Under the pieces are notes generated by a model that was given only the letters and a program-made list of their open reading frames with translations, was not told the DNA's origin and searched no databases. Positions 63,180 to 64,000 of a stretch of DNA of 64,000 nt are shown piece after piece. The stretch is from Heptranchias perlo. Lineage: Eukaryota. Location of the stretch: positions 38,812,001 to 38,876,000 of the forward strand of contig NC_090339.1 of assembly GCF_035084215.1 (NCBI RefSeq), written 5' to 3'. Position numbers and translations under genes: made by a program. Position 1 is the stretch's first letter, and each line of letters begins with the position of its first letter.

Positions 63180-64000
63180 TCATAGGAACAGGAGTAGGCC
63201 ATTCAGCCCCTCGTGCCTGCTCCGCCATTTGATAAGATCATGGCTGATCTGTATCTAACTCCATATACCCGCCTTAGGCCCCTATCCCTTAATACCTTTG
63301 ATTGCCAAAAAGCTATCTATCTCATATTTAAATTTAGCAATTGAGCTAGTATCAATTGCCGTTTGCGGAAGAGAGTTCCAAACTTCTACAACCCTTTGTG
63401 TGTAGAAATGTTTTCTAATCTCGCTCCTGAAAGGTCTGGCTCTAATTTTTAGATTGTGCCCCCTACTCCTAGAATCCCCAACCAGCGGAAATAGTTTCTC
63501 TCTATCCACCCTATCTGTTCCCCTTAATATCTTATAAACTTTGATCAGATCACCCCATAACCTTCAAAACTCTAGAGAATACAAGCCCAATTTGTGTTAT
63601 CTCTCCTCATAACTTAACCCTTGAAGTCCGGGTATCATTCTAGTAAACCTACGCTGCACTCCCTCCAAGGCCAATATGTCCTTCCGAAGGTGCAGTGCCC
63701 AGAACTGCTCACAGTACTCCAGGTGCGGTCTAACCAGGGTTTTGTATAGCTGCAGCATAACTTCTGTCCCCTTGTACTCTAGTTCTCGAGATATAAAGGC
63801 CAGCATTCCATTAGCCTTCTTGATTATTTTCTGCACCTGTTCATGACACTTCAATGATCTATGTACCTGAACCCCTAGGTCCCTTTGGACATCCACTGTT
63901 TTTAACTTTTTACCATTTAGAAAGTACCCTGTTCTATCCTTTTTTGATCCAAAGTGGATGACCTCACATTTGTCTACATTGAATTCCATTTGCCACAGTT
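63180..64000 (-). mobile_element. CR1 LINE 3' portion, running off the window
   Basis: MEFNVDKCEVIHFG...RDLGVQVH...LYKTLVRPHLEYC and FYTQRVVEVWNSLP. Confidence 0.93.

Overview
Eukaryotic, vertebrate DNA, most likely a cartilaginous fish, judged from its CR1 LINEs, tRNA-headed Deu-type SINEs, Penelope-derived inverted repeats and Harbinger-like MITEs. The first ~13.2 kb hold the last four coding exons and 3' UTR of a DBHS-family paraspeckle RNA-binding protein gene on the + strand. It is most like NONO/p54nrb (ends ...GEFGANKRRRY*), but PSPC1 is not excluded. The remaining ~50 kb look intergenic and are dominated by nested, decayed transposons, which account for most of the ORF track. Five features stand out. 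(1) Two Penelope-type inserts carry 12-bp target-site duplications and hammerhead-ribozyme-like cores: one is an 88-bp near-perfect hairpin, the other encloses an inverted ~256-bp copy of neighbouring DNA. (2) A candidate 49-nt cassette exon would delete the C-terminal NLS of the DBHS protein. (3) Two paralogous intronic elements share a covarying stem. (4) An orphan, eroded SLC6A14-like exon is present. (5) A multi-level LINE nest can be reconstructed at 14-26.5 kb. Repeat boundaries are approximate and were read by eye.
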